A stretch of DNA of 64,000 nt from Candidatus Falkowbacteria bacterium (GCA_043801965.1 JAZDLN010000033.1:5113-69112); one strand, 5' to 3'; shown: positions 1 through 8,533, counted from the first letter of the stretch. Notes: generated by a model not told the origin, from the sequence alone. Program-made: numbers and translations.

Positions 1-302
1 TGGAAAAAAATACGCTTTCCGAGGCTTATTATATCGGGGAGTTCAGCGGTGATACCAAGGGGGAGTATACCTTTGACACGGAAGTAAGCGATTACCCGAG
101 CGTGGCCGACCAGATTACGATATTGGAAGCGAGTGAATTCGTTACCGGCTTGACCGTCAAAAGCGCGCGGCAGGAGATGTCAAAAAAGGAGACTCCGGCC
201 AAAAAAAATGAAGCCGAAAACACCGGAAGCGCGACCGATAAAGAAATGAAAGTGAATTTCTCGTTAATGATAAAGGTAAAGCCGGATATTTTCTATAAAT
301 AG
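1..302 (+). CDS. 3' end of a CDS open to the left window edge; possibly PilN-like pilus alignment protein
   Basis: Own translation of frame 3 from nt 3 runs without a stop (EKNTLSEAYYIGEFSGD...VNFSLMIKVKPDIFYK) to TAG at 300-302. The track ORF 102..302 is only its tail. It sits directly upstream of the PilO-like gene and pilB/T/C. No diagnostic motif was seen. Confidence 0.4.
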   Translation, partial: EKNTLSEAYYIGEFSGDTKGEYTFDTEVSDYPSVADQITILEASEFVTGLTVKSARQEMSKKETPAKKNEAENTGSATDKEMKVNFSLMIKVKPDIFYK

Positions 303-305
303 CCT

Positions 306-968
306 ATGCCTGAAGCCAAAAAAAATCCGACCCCCGCGGAGAAGGCGGCAGTCGGGAAAGAGCAAATTACCAGACTCAATCTTTTTTTCCTGGATTATTT
401 CAGATTGATCACCCTGGCGGCGATGCTGTTGTTTTTCGCGATCGGCTTTTTTTATCTGCTTAAACCGAAATATGACACGATACGCCTGAACATAGCCGAG
501 TCTTACGAGAATAAGCAGGCGGAATACGAACAGCTTGAGAACTACCACCGGAACCTGATCCAATACGCCAATACTTACAAAAACATAAGCCAGGCCGATA
601 AAGACCGGATCAACGCGATGGTGCCGGACGGCGATTCGTATAAGGAGCTTTATTATCTCATGAACGATATCGTGTCCCGGCATTACATGATCCTTAAGGG
701 CCTGGAAATTAAACCGGAAGACGCGCCCGTGGCCGTCGATAAGGAGGTCGCGGGAAAAACCAATAAAGAAGCGAACGCGGCCAGACGGGGAAAGATAGAG
801 GTTTCCATGGATATCATCGGCGTTAATTATGACGGACTCAAAAAATTATTAGCCGCCATTGAAAATAACCTGAGACTCATGGACGTAAATAAGATAGATT
901 TCGATCCGGGCGCCAGAACCGTTAATCTGGAAGTCGCGTTGTATTACCTCAAACCGGCCGGTAATTAA
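306..968 (+). CDS. PilO-like type IV pilus inner-membrane alignment protein
   Basis: 220 aa. It has a basic N-terminus, one TM helix (LITLAAMLLFFAIGFFYLL), then a coiled-coil-like stretch (QAEYEQLENYHRNLIQYANTY) and an alpha/beta C-terminus, the typical PilO layout. Context is upstream of pilB. Confidence 0.5.
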   Translation: MPEAKKNPTPAEKAAVGKEQITRLNLFFLDYFRLITLAAMLLFFAIGFFYLLKPKYDTIRLNIAESYENKQAEYEQLENYHRNLIQYANTYKNISQADKDRINAMVPDGDSYKELYYLMNDIVSRHYMILKGLEIKPEDAPVAVDKEVAGKTNKEANAARRGKIEVSMDIIGVNYDGLKKLLAAIENNLRLMDVNKIDFDPGARTVNLEVALYYLKPAGN

Positions 969-985
969 TTAGCCTAGTATTTAAT

Positions 986-1291
986 ATGAATAATGACATC
1001 GAATCAAAACCCAGGCGAACGCATATTTATGTCATCGGGGGGATGATTATAATTTTGGTATTAGCGGCCATATTCAGGCTGGTTTTATTTCCCTCCGCCT
1101 TAAATAAAGGGAAGCCCATATCCCCCCTGGGGCTCGATAATATTAACGTTCAGTCAAAAAGCATCAAGAAAAAAACCTTTAATGCCGATATCGTCCAGCT
1201 GGAAAAATATCATGATTTGCGGGAATCCGGGCTTTATGTAAGAACCATCGAAGAAATAAAATTCGGCAGAGAGGACATATTCTCGGAATAG
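986..1291 (+). CDS. small single-pass membrane protein, unknown function (pilus locus)
   Basis: 101 aa with one TM helix (IYVIGGMIIILVLAAIFRLVLF). Tightly packed between the PilO-like gene and pilB. Confidence 0.4.
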   Translation: MNNDIESKPRRTHIYVIGGMIIILVLAAIFRLVLFPSALNKGKPISPLGLDNINVQSKSIKKKTFNADIVQLEKYHDLRESGLYVRTIEEIKFGREDIFSE

Positions 1292-1330
1292 GATATAATT
1301 CTAAATTTTATCGGTAAAGGCGCCCAAAGT

Positions 1331-3073
1331 ATGATCAATCAAGACAAGCTATTAAAAGATCTCCAGGACAGGGGAATGATAAAATACGACCAGCTGAACC
1401 TGATACTTGAAGAGGCCAAAGAAAGCAAAAGGGGGGTGGAGGAAATTTTGGAAAAAATAGTGAATATCGAGGACTTGACCCAGGCTAAGTCCAGGTTTTA
1501 TAATCTGGCCTATCAGAACATTACCGAATTGATCATCAATAACAAGGTTTTGAACATCATTCCAAGCGAAGTCGCGCAAAATTATAAGATCATCTGCTTC
1601 GGAGAGAAAGACAAGAAGATAAAAGTCGGCATAATCGACCCGGATAATTTTAAAGCCATCGAGGCGGTTGATTTTTTGGCGAAAGAGAACGATCTTCAGG
1701 CGGAATTTTTTTTGATATCGAAAAACAGCTTCGAGGCGGCTTTTAAACAATATAAATCACTGACCAAAGAACTGGACAGCGCCCTAAAGACCCGCGCTAA
1801 AGCCGAAGAGGACCAGCTGATAGCCATAGAAGAAAGAAACAAGCCGCAAACAGGGGAAGAGGTAACGAAGAGCGCGCCGGTGGCGAAGATAGTATCAGTG
1901 ATCATCCGGCACGCGGTTGAGGGCAAATCATCGGATATCCATATCGAGCCTTTAAGAAACGAAACCCGGGTGCGTTACCGCATAGACGGCGTCCTGCACA
2001 CCTCCCTCGTCCTTCCCAAGGCTATCCATAACGCTTTGGTGGCCCGCATCAAGGTATTGTCTAATTTAAAATTAGACGAGACCAGGATCCCCCAGGACGG
2101 CCGTATTCGGATGATAGTCAATGAAAGGGAAATAGATTTCCGCGTTTCCATACTCCCCTTGGTGGGATTCGAAAAAGTGGTGATGAGGATATTGGATACG
2201 ACCAAGGGCGCTCCCAAGCTCGAGGGTCTCGGCTTTCAGGGGCGGCAGCTTCAGCTTCTCCAGAAAAACATAAAAAAAACCGAAGGCATACTTCTGATCA
2301 CCGGCCCTACCGGGAGCGGAAAATCGACCACCTTGTTTTCGCTTTTGGATATGCTTAACAAAGAAGGCATTAATATCTCAACCCTGGAAGATCCGGTGGA
2401 ATATAAGATGGAAGGCGTGAACCAGTCGCAGATCGCTCCCCAGCTGGGATATAATTTCGCGAGCGGACTACGGTCTTTTTTGCGCCAGGATCCGGATATT
2501 ATCATGGTGGGCGAGATCCGCGACGAAGAAACCGCCGAATTGTCGGTGCATGCCGCCCTAACCGGCCATTACGTCCTTTCCACCCTGCACACGGTTGATT
2601 GCTCCGGAGTGATAACCCGCCTCGTCGATATGGGTATCGAACCGTTCCTGATCGGCTCTACTTTAAATACGGTCATAGCCCAAAGGCTCGCCCGGAAGAT
2701 CTGCGAGTTTTGCCGGGAGGAAACGAAAATACCGCCGGATTATCTCGCAACCATTAAAACCGAATTTACCCAGATCGGAGACGAGTATCTCAAAGGGCTC
2801 ATAAAGGATTTCGATATAAATAAACTTAAATTCTTCAAAGGGAAGGGGTGCCCGCGTTGCGCCAATACGGGCTATTCCGGGCGCGTCGCTATCGCCGAGG
2901 TGCTTGACGTCAATAAGCAGATAAAAGACATGATAATAAGCGGTAAAAAATATATCGACGTGGATACTATCAGGCAAACGCAGCCGTTCGTAACGGTCAG
3001 ACAGGATGGTTTTTTAAAGGTCGTACAGGGAAAGACAACCATTGAAGAAGTGCTCCGGGTAATGTCTGATTAG
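1331..3073 (+). CDS. pilB: type IV pilus assembly (extension) ATPase PilB/GspE family
   Basis: 580 aa. Walker A GPTGSGKST, Asp box EDPVEY, Walker B DPDIIMVGEIRD, His box GHYVLSTLHT, tetracysteine CEFC...CPRC, and a T2SSE_N-like N-terminus. Confidence 0.95.
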   Translation: MINQDKLLKDLQDRGMIKYDQLNLILEEAKESKRGVEEILEKIVNIEDLTQAKSRFYNLAYQNITELIINNKVLNIIPSEVAQNYKIICFGEKDKKIKVGIIDPDNFKAIEAVDFLAKENDLQAEFFLISKNSFEAAFKQYKSLTKELDSALKTRAKAEEDQLIAIEERNKPQTGEEVTKSAPVAKIVSVIIRHAVEGKSSDIHIEPLRNETRVRYRIDGVLHTSLVLPKAIHNALVARIKVLSNLKLDETRIPQDGRIRMIVNEREIDFRVSILPLVGFEKVVMRILDTTKGAPKLEGLGFQGRQLQLLQKNIKKTEGILLITGPTGSGKSTTLFSLLDMLNKEGINISTLEDPVEYKMEGVNQSQIAPQLGYNFASGLRSFLRQDPDIIMVGEIRDEETAELSVHAALTGHYVLSTLHTVDCSGVITRLVDMGIEPFLIGSTLNTVIAQRLARKICEFCREETKIPPDYLATIKTEFTQIGDEYLKGLIKDFDINKLKFFKGKGCPRCANTGYSGRVAIAEVLDVNKQIKDMIISGKKYIDVDTIRQTQPFVTVRQDGFLKVVQGKTTIEEVLRVMSD

Positions 3074-3148
3074 GTTTTAGCTTATAGCTTTTAGCTTTTA
3101 GGGGGCTATGTTTCCTAAAACCTAAAAGCTAACACCTAAAAGCTATAC
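3074..3148. repeat. intergenic hairpin with tandem-heptamer arms (agctttt / aaaagct)
   Basis: Left arm is ttttagcttatagcttttagcttttagggg (3075-3104). Right arm is cctaaaacctaaaagctaacacctaaaagctata (3114-3147), an imperfect reverse complement. It fills the whole pilB to pilT-like spacer. Confidence 0.75.
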
Positions 3149-3150
3149 AC

Positions 3151-4185
3151 ATGGAAGTAGCATCGATTTTTATCGGTAAAATTTTAGCCGAGGCCGCTAA
3201 TCGTGGAGCCATGAGCCTTCATATATCGATCGGCAGCCAGCCCCGCGTCCGGGTCGATAATGAACTCATGATCCTGGAAAGCGAAAACATCATCGATCAG
3301 GAGATCATGAACGGCATCATCAATTTCGTCTTGAGCGAAGAGGATGTCGCCAGGCTTAACGCGGACAGGGAAATAGTCACCGTCAAGGAATTTTCCGGCA
3401 ATTTGCGTTTTCGGATCAATGCTTTTTACCAGAAGGATCTGCCGTCCTTGTCTTTCCACTTTATCCCCGGCGCGATCTTAAACCTGAAGGAATTGGGACT
3501 ACCGGAAACGGTCAGCTCTTTAACCGAACTCGAATCCGGCTTATTCATAATATCGGGGCCTTTCGGGTCCGGTAAGACCACCACCGCCGCGGCATTTCTT
3601 GAGGAGATCAATAAAAACAGCAATAAATACGTGATTACCCTGGAGAATCCGATAGAATATCTTTTCGTGAACAAAGGGAGCGTTATCGACCAGCGCCAGA
3701 TCGGCCGGGACGTCCATACGATAATAGACGGCCTGGATTACTGCATGAACGAAGACGTGGACGTCCTGTACGTGGCTGAGATCAAAAAAGATTTTAACGC
3801 CGCGATCCCGTTGATCTTAAGCCTCGCCGCCGGCAATTCCTTGGTTCTGTTCGAGATAAACGCCGACAATTCGATCAGCGCCATCGAAAAGATACTGACG
3901 GCCGCCGCCGGCACGTCATCCCGGGAAGCGGCCCGATACAACCTGGCCGACGTGCTTGCCGGCGTGGTTGTCCAGAAATTATTGCCCCAGAGGGGCGGCG
4001 GCTTGGTTCTCGCCACCGAGGTTTTACTGGTAAATTCGGCCGTCCGTTCGCTGATCCGGGAAGGCAAGCTTTTCCAGATCGAAAGCATCATCCAGAATTC
4101 AAGAAGAGAGGGGATGGCCAGCATGAGCAAATCGGTCGAAGACCTTGCCCAATCCGGAAAGATAAACAGGGAAAATATCTACTAA
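3151..4185 (+). CDS. PilT-like hexameric ATPase with degenerate Asp-box and His-box
   Basis: 344 aa. Walker A GPFGSGKTT, Walker B-like DVDVLYVAEI and the PilT signature AVRSLIREGK are present. The Asp box reads ENPIEY (D to N). The His-box region reads AAGNSLVLFEINA where PilT has TGHLVFGTLHT. Confidence 0.8.
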   Translation: MEVASIFIGKILAEAANRGAMSLHISIGSQPRVRVDNELMILESENIIDQEIMNGIINFVLSEEDVARLNADREIVTVKEFSGNLRFRINAFYQKDLPSLSFHFIPGAILNLKELGLPETVSSLTELESGLFIISGPFGSGKTTTAAAFLEEINKNSNKYVITLENPIEYLFVNKGSVIDQRQIGRDVHTIIDGLDYCMNEDVDVLYVAEIKKDFNAAIPLILSLAAGNSLVLFEINADNSISAIEKILTAAAGTSSREAARYNLADVLAGVVVQKLLPQRGGGLVLATEVLLVNSAVRSLIREGKLFQIESIIQNSRREGMASMSKSVEDLAQSGKINRENIY

Positions 4186-4215
4186 CGCGTTTTAAAAAGC
4201 CTAACAACGGTAATT

Positions 4216-5421
4216 ATGTCTAGATTTAAATACCAAGCCACTAATCCCCAAAACCGAAAGATAAGCGGCCTGGTCGAGGCCAGGAACGAGAATGAAGCCA
4301 CCGAGATCCTTAAAGACAAGAATTACGAGATAATTTCGATCGAGGAAAAGCGGTCCAATTTCGGCGGGGGGATAAACAACTTTTTTACCAAGATCGCCGC
4401 CAAGGATCTGGTGGTATTCTCAAGGCAATTCGCGGTGCTTATTTCGGCCAACGTCGCCTTGGTGCAATCTTTAAAGCTTTTAGTCGAGCAGACCAGCAAT
4501 GAAAAGATGAAAATGGCCATATCGGAAATCGCCGATGAGGTGGACGGAGGCACTAAATTGTCAGATTCCCTGGGCCAGCGTTCTCATATCTTCTCGAATT
4601 TTTTCGTTAACGTGGTAAGGTCGGGCGAATCCTCCGGCAAGCTTGACGAGGTTCTTAATTATCTGGCCGACGAGCTCGAAAAAGATTACGACATGACGAG
4701 CAAGATCAAGGGAGCCATGATCTATCCCGCCTTCGTATTTTGCGGTCTGGGCGGCGTGGGAGCGGTCATGATGATATTCGTGGTGCCGAAGCTGACGGCC
4801 ATGATGGCCGAAACGGGCGGAGTTTTGCCGCTGCCGACCCGGATCTTAATGGGTTTTTCCGACGCTATGGTGAATTATTGGTATGTTTTCCTGGCCTTGC
4901 TGATCGGATCGGTGCTCGGATATAAGCAACTGGTAAGACTGCCGGCCGGTCGGAAGATAGTCGATACTCTTTTGCTGCGCGCGCCGATCTTCGGAAAATT
5001 ATTCCAGAGGATTTATCTCGTGCGGTTCACCCGCTCGTTCCAGACCCTGATCGTCGGCGGCGTGGCCATCGGCAAAGCCCTTGATATAACGTCGGAGGTG
5101 GTAAGTAACGCCGTTTATAAAGAACTCATCAGTGAAACCAAGAAAGAGGTGGAGGACGGCAATTCCATATCAAGCGTTTTTGTCCACAGCGACCAGGTCC
5201 CCTCGATGGTGTCGCAAATGCTTAAGATCGGGGAGAAAACCGGAAGACTGGACATGGTCCTGGAACGGATCACGGATTTTTATACCCGGGAAGTTAACAA
5301 TATCATCGCCAACCTCATGACCCTGATGGAGCCTATAATAATGGTCACGATGGGCGTCGGGGTCGGAATAATGGTAGCGGCCATCATCATGCCGATGTAC
5401 CAGATGGCAACAAATATGTAA
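4216..5421 (+). CDS. pilC: type IV pilus platform protein PilC/GspF family
   Basis: 401 aa polytopic membrane protein with a duplicated T2SSF-type domain. It directly follows pilB and the pilT-like gene. Confidence 0.9.
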   Translation: MSRFKYQATNPQNRKISGLVEARNENEATEILKDKNYEIISIEEKRSNFGGGINNFFTKIAAKDLVVFSRQFAVLISANVALVQSLKLLVEQTSNEKMKMAISEIADEVDGGTKLSDSLGQRSHIFSNFFVNVVRSGESSGKLDEVLNYLADELEKDYDMTSKIKGAMIYPAFVFCGLGGVGAVMMIFVVPKLTAMMAETGGVLPLPTRILMGFSDAMVNYWYVFLALLIGSVLGYKQLVRLPAGRKIVDTLLLRAPIFGKLFQRIYLVRFTRSFQTLIVGGVAIGKALDITSEVVSNAVYKELISETKKEVEDGNSISSVFVHSDQVPSMVSQMLKIGEKTGRLDMVLERITDFYTREVNNIIANLMTLMEPIIMVTMGVGVGIMVAAIIMPMYQMATNM

Positions 5422-5433
5422 CTTTGTTTGATT

Positions 5434-5444
5434 TGTGGTATAAT
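5434..5444 (+). promoter_or_regulatory. putative extended -10 promoter element (tgtggTATAAT)
   Basis: TGn-TATAAT at 5436-5444. The same tggtataat string recurs at 8591, 9269 and 31527 upstream of other genes. Confidence 0.4.
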
Positions 5445-5480
5445 AATTTTAGGACGCCAGTTTATTTGTATTATAATTTC

Positions 5481-5590
5481 ATTACAAATACACAAATCAG
5501 AACACAAATTCACAAATATGTCCGTTTTTTATGAATTTATTCAGTAAAGTTGTATTTGTGCATTTGTGATAAAATTTGTGTATTTGTAAT
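5481..5590. repeat. 'empty' copy of the ATTACAAAT...ATTTGTAAT inverted-repeat element (cacaaat k-mer arms)
   Basis: Left arm is attacaaatacacaaatcagaacacaaattcacaaatatg (5481-5520). Right arm is tgtatttgtgcatttgtgataaaatttgtgtatttgtaat (5551-5590). Its termini match the copies at 25287-25768 and 26056-26153. Confidence 0.8.
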
Positions 5591-5599
5591 CATAATATT

Positions 5600-6526
5600 A
5601 TGGATAATAATTTAAAAAAATTACAACTCAAGTTAAAGGCGGCCGCGTTCATGCTGCTCGCGGTCGTGATCGGCGGTTTTCTCGTTTTAAGCCTTTTTTA
5701 CCGGGAGAAAGCGGCGTTGGCCCTGCAGGGTAATTACGACAAGGACGCGTCCACCCAGAATCAGCTGACATTGACCGAGTGGAATTACCTGGATGAGGAT
5801 TTTTTGAAAAAAGAAGGGGATACCTGGGCCGGACCGGGAGCGCTCAACATGGGAGATCACGCCATTACCGGACTTAACACGAACTTGTCCGGTCCCGCCG
5901 CGACGGACGCGGCCAATGTCGCTTACGTCAACCAGGCGATCGCGGCCGGTCCGACTTCCGGCGGAGGGGAAATATACACGGTCTGGGGCAATAATACCTG
6001 CGGCGGCGGCTCGACCCTGCTTTACGGCGGTATCGCTTTAAGCGCGCCTTATAATACCCCGGGAGGCGGCAGTAATCCGGTCTGCATGGAAGGCGGCGAT
6101 CCGGGGGCGGGTTTTACGGCGATCTATGCCGACAAGATGTACCCGGTCGTAACCGGCGCTGACGCCAACCTGCCCACGAGCTCGATCGATCCGGGAAGCA
6201 CTATCGCCGGCGACCGGATCATCCGTTGCGCGGTCTGCCATTATCCGGCCGGAACCTGCTATACGAATTACGGCTCCTGGGACTGCAACGGCGGCAACGG
6301 CGGATTTTCGCCCGTTTACGACGGCTACGTGCTGGGCAGTTACAGTACGAGCGCCGGGACCTACGTGAATTCGACTAAAAGGGCCTGCGTCAACCGGGTA
6401 TTTAGCGGGGCGGCGGCCGGAGGGAATATGGGGGCGATGTGGTTCGGCACGCGCATCGATAATAATTACGGTCTCGCGAGCTACACCACCGGCGCTTTCG
6501 TGAAGTGTTCGGTCTGCTGTAATTGA
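5600..6526 (+). CDS. membrane-anchored Cys-rich protein: tail-fibre-like N-terminal motif plus collagen-IV NC1 (C4)-like double subdomain (paralogue 1)
   Basis: The track ORF starts at GTG 5576 inside the repeat arm; ATG 5600 (MDNNLKKLQ) is more likely. It has one TM helix and the motif GDTWAG...LNMGDHAITGL...DAANVAYVN. Two homologous Cys halves end in IIRCAVCHYPA and FVKCSVCCN*. Confidence 0.6.
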   Translation: MDNNLKKLQLKLKAAAFMLLAVVIGGFLVLSLFYREKAALALQGNYDKDASTQNQLTLTEWNYLDEDFLKKEGDTWAGPGALNMGDHAITGLNTNLSGPAATDAANVAYVNQAIAAGPTSGGGEIYTVWGNNTCGGGSTLLYGGIALSAPYNTPGGGSNPVCMEGGDPGAGFTAIYADKMYPVVTGADANLPTSSIDPGSTIAGDRIIRCAVCHYPAGTCYTNYGSWDCNGGNGGFSPVYDGYVLGSYSTSAGTYVNSTKRACVNRVFSGAAAGGNMGAMWFGTRIDNNYGLASYTTGAFVKCSVCCN

Positions 6527-6541
6527 TTTCGAGTGAATATT

Positions 6542-6580
6542 ATCGCGTAAGCCCGGAAATAATTTCCGTGTTAGCGCGAT
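6542..6580 (+). other. nested hairpin between the two paralogues
   Basis: Outer stem atcgcg (6542-6547) pairs with cgcgat (6575-6580). Inner stem cggaaat (6554-6560) pairs with atttccg (6562-6568). No clear T-run follows. Confidence 0.5.
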
Positions 6581-6613
6581 TAATTACCGCTTCCTGGGTT
6601 TTAAATCTATTTT

Positions 6614-7468
6614 ATGCCTAAAAATAAAGTGAATTCAATATTCTTGGTTTGGTTGATGATTTTTATAATGTCCGGTATTTTAACGCTGGGCGTAGTGGCG
6701 CTTAGGCCGGTTTTGGCCGTATTCGGCGATTACGACCGCGCCGAGGCTTCATTATCGATCGACGACTGGAATTTCCTTAATGATGATTTTGTTCTAAGGG
6801 ACGGGGATACGATGGCCGGGGACCTGAACATGAACAATGTCGGAATAAGCAACCTGGCCGTTATACCGGCGGACGAGACCAGCGCGGCCAGTGCCGGTTA
6901 CGTTAATTCAAGGATAAACTCTTCGGCGGGCGGAACCACTTACATAAATTGGGGCCGGGGGGATTGCGCGGCCGGCGACACCGTCCTCTACGGCGGTTTC
7001 GGTTTCGGCGCGACCTATAGCGTCATGTCGGGCGGGGACAACGATATCTGCGTCCAGCTGCCGGCCGACGCGGAATTCGCGCATACCGGAGCAATAGCCG
7101 ATAGGATGTATCCGTCGATGTCCGGAGGATCTCCCTGGATGCCGGCCGGATATGATCCGGCCAGATCTTTCGTCAGGTGCGCGGTCTGCTACCGGAACCA
7201 GAGCGCCTGCTATACCGGTTACGGGACGCATAACTGCAATAAGGGAAATTTTACCGATAAGGCTTACGACGGTTATGTCGCTGCCGGCATAAACGAGAGC
7301 CATACGCTTTCGCGGGAAAGGAACTGCGTGAACCGCAATTTCGACAACACCGGCGGAGCCGCCACTACCTGGGGGGCGGCCTGGTACGGTTCCCGGATAG
7401 AAAATAATTTCGGACAGGCCGGCTACGACAATCTTGTTTTTATCAGGTGCGCCGTCTGCTGCAACTAG
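6614..7468 (+). CDS. membrane-anchored Cys-rich protein, NC1 (C4)-like double subdomain (paralogue 2)
   Basis: 284 aa with the same architecture as 5600..6526. Motif GDTMAGDLNMNNVGISNL...SAASAGYVN. The halves end in FVRCAVCYRN and FIRCAVCCN*. Ten Cys sit at aligned positions. Confidence 0.6.
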   Translation: MPKNKVNSIFLVWLMIFIMSGILTLGVVALRPVLAVFGDYDRAEASLSIDDWNFLNDDFVLRDGDTMAGDLNMNNVGISNLAVIPADETSAASAGYVNSRINSSAGGTTYINWGRGDCAAGDTVLYGGFGFGATYSVMSGGDNDICVQLPADAEFAHTGAIADRMYPSMSGGSPWMPAGYDPARSFVRCAVCYRNQSACYTGYGTHNCNKGNFTDKAYDGYVAAGINESHTLSRERNCVNRNFDNTGGAATTWGAAWYGSRIENNFGQAGYDNLVFIRCAVCCN

Positions 7469-7526
7469 TTTTTACGTCATAGCGCTCGTTCGCGTTTACG
7501 GTAATCCAATGTTACTACAACTAGCG

Positions 7527-7577
7527 ATCGTTCCGCGGATTTAACGCGGATTTAAACGCCGATAGGACGCGGAACGA
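7527..7577. repeat. 10-bp stem hairpin enclosing a perfect tandem 11-mer (cgcggatttaa x2)
   Basis: Stem tcgttccgcg (7528-7537) pairs with cgcggaacga (7568-7577). The tandem cgcggatttaa copies lie at 7534-7544 and 7545-7555. The reverse complement of this k-mer recurs at 14549-14570. Confidence 0.7.
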
Positions 7578-7591
7578 CTATAAATGTTCGT

Positions 7592-8533
7592 ATGAACAAA
7601 AAAGCCATAATCATAATAGTATTATTAGCAATCGCGGCGGTAGCGGGCGGGTACTTTTTGGCGAGATCAAGAAGCGGCGGCGGTTTTTGGGGTCCGGGCG
7701 AGGAGCCTAAAGATATTGCCGGACTGGAGCGATCCGTTTTCGAGGGCGAGCTCGCCGGCATAAGCGGCGCGGCCATAAACTTAAAAGTCGCCAAAGAAAC
7801 AGGCGCTATACCCCTGCCGGACAAGGATGAGGAATTTGAAATATTTAAAATAGCGGTCGGCAAAAACGCGGAGATCGTCAAGCAGACGGACGCGGTAAAA
7901 TCCAAAGAACGGTTTATCGCGGAGCAGGATAAATTTAAAGTAGAATTCTCGGTAATGACCAAAGAAGGAAAAAGCACGGCCTGGCTCGAGGCGCCCGACT
8001 GGCAGGTATCCGAAAATATCGCTTTAAACGGCCTTAAAAACGGCGATAAATTAAGAGTTTACGCCTACCGGGACAAGGATAATGATTTTCACGCGCGTAA
8101 AATCATCGCCTTAAGGGCGGAAAATCCCGTAGAGGAATCCGGCGGCGGGCAAACGCCCGGCGCGCGCGTAGAGATCTCGGGCGTTATCGAAGAAGCGCGA
8201 AGCGGCGCGATCAGGATAAAAGAGATCGGACCGACCGGCCCCACGGGCCAAAGCCTGGAAATCGCGATCACCGGAGAAACCAAGATCATAAAAAAAACCG
8301 CGAAAACCGCCGCGCAGTTTAAAAAAGAACAGGCGGAATTCAGCGCGAAAATAGCCGCCGGAGGGGCGAGGGGAGAAGAGGTGTCTAACCTGGAGGCGCC
8401 CGACTGGTACGTTATAGCGGAAGCCGGTGTTAATAATCTTACCATAGGCCAGGAGGTAAATATCTACGGCGTAAAGGATAATAATAAAAACAATCAAATA
8501 TTAGCTGAAAAAATAGAATTTACGGCAAAATAA
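7592..8533 (+). CDS. secreted/anchored protein with an internal domain duplication
   Basis: 313 aa with an N-terminal hydrophobic signal/anchor (IIIIVLLAIAAVAGGYFLA). There are two repeats of roughly 85 aa, each with LEAPDW(Q/Y)V...(G)(D/Q)(K/E)(L/V)(R/N)(V/I)Y(A/G)...(I/E). OB-fold-like (DUF5666-type) is a guess. Confidence 0.45.
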   Translation: MNKKAIIIIVLLAIAAVAGGYFLARSRSGGGFWGPGEEPKDIAGLERSVFEGELAGISGAAINLKVAKETGAIPLPDKDEEFEIFKIAVGKNAEIVKQTDAVKSKERFIAEQDKFKVEFSVMTKEGKSTAWLEAPDWQVSENIALNGLKNGDKLRVYAYRDKDNDFHARKIIALRAENPVEESGGGQTPGARVEISGVIEEARSGAIRIKEIGPTGPTGQSLEIAITGETKIIKKTAKTAAQFKKEQAEFSAKIAAGGARGEEVSNLEAPDWYVIAEAGVNNLTIGQEVNIYGVKDNNKNNQILAEKIEFTAK

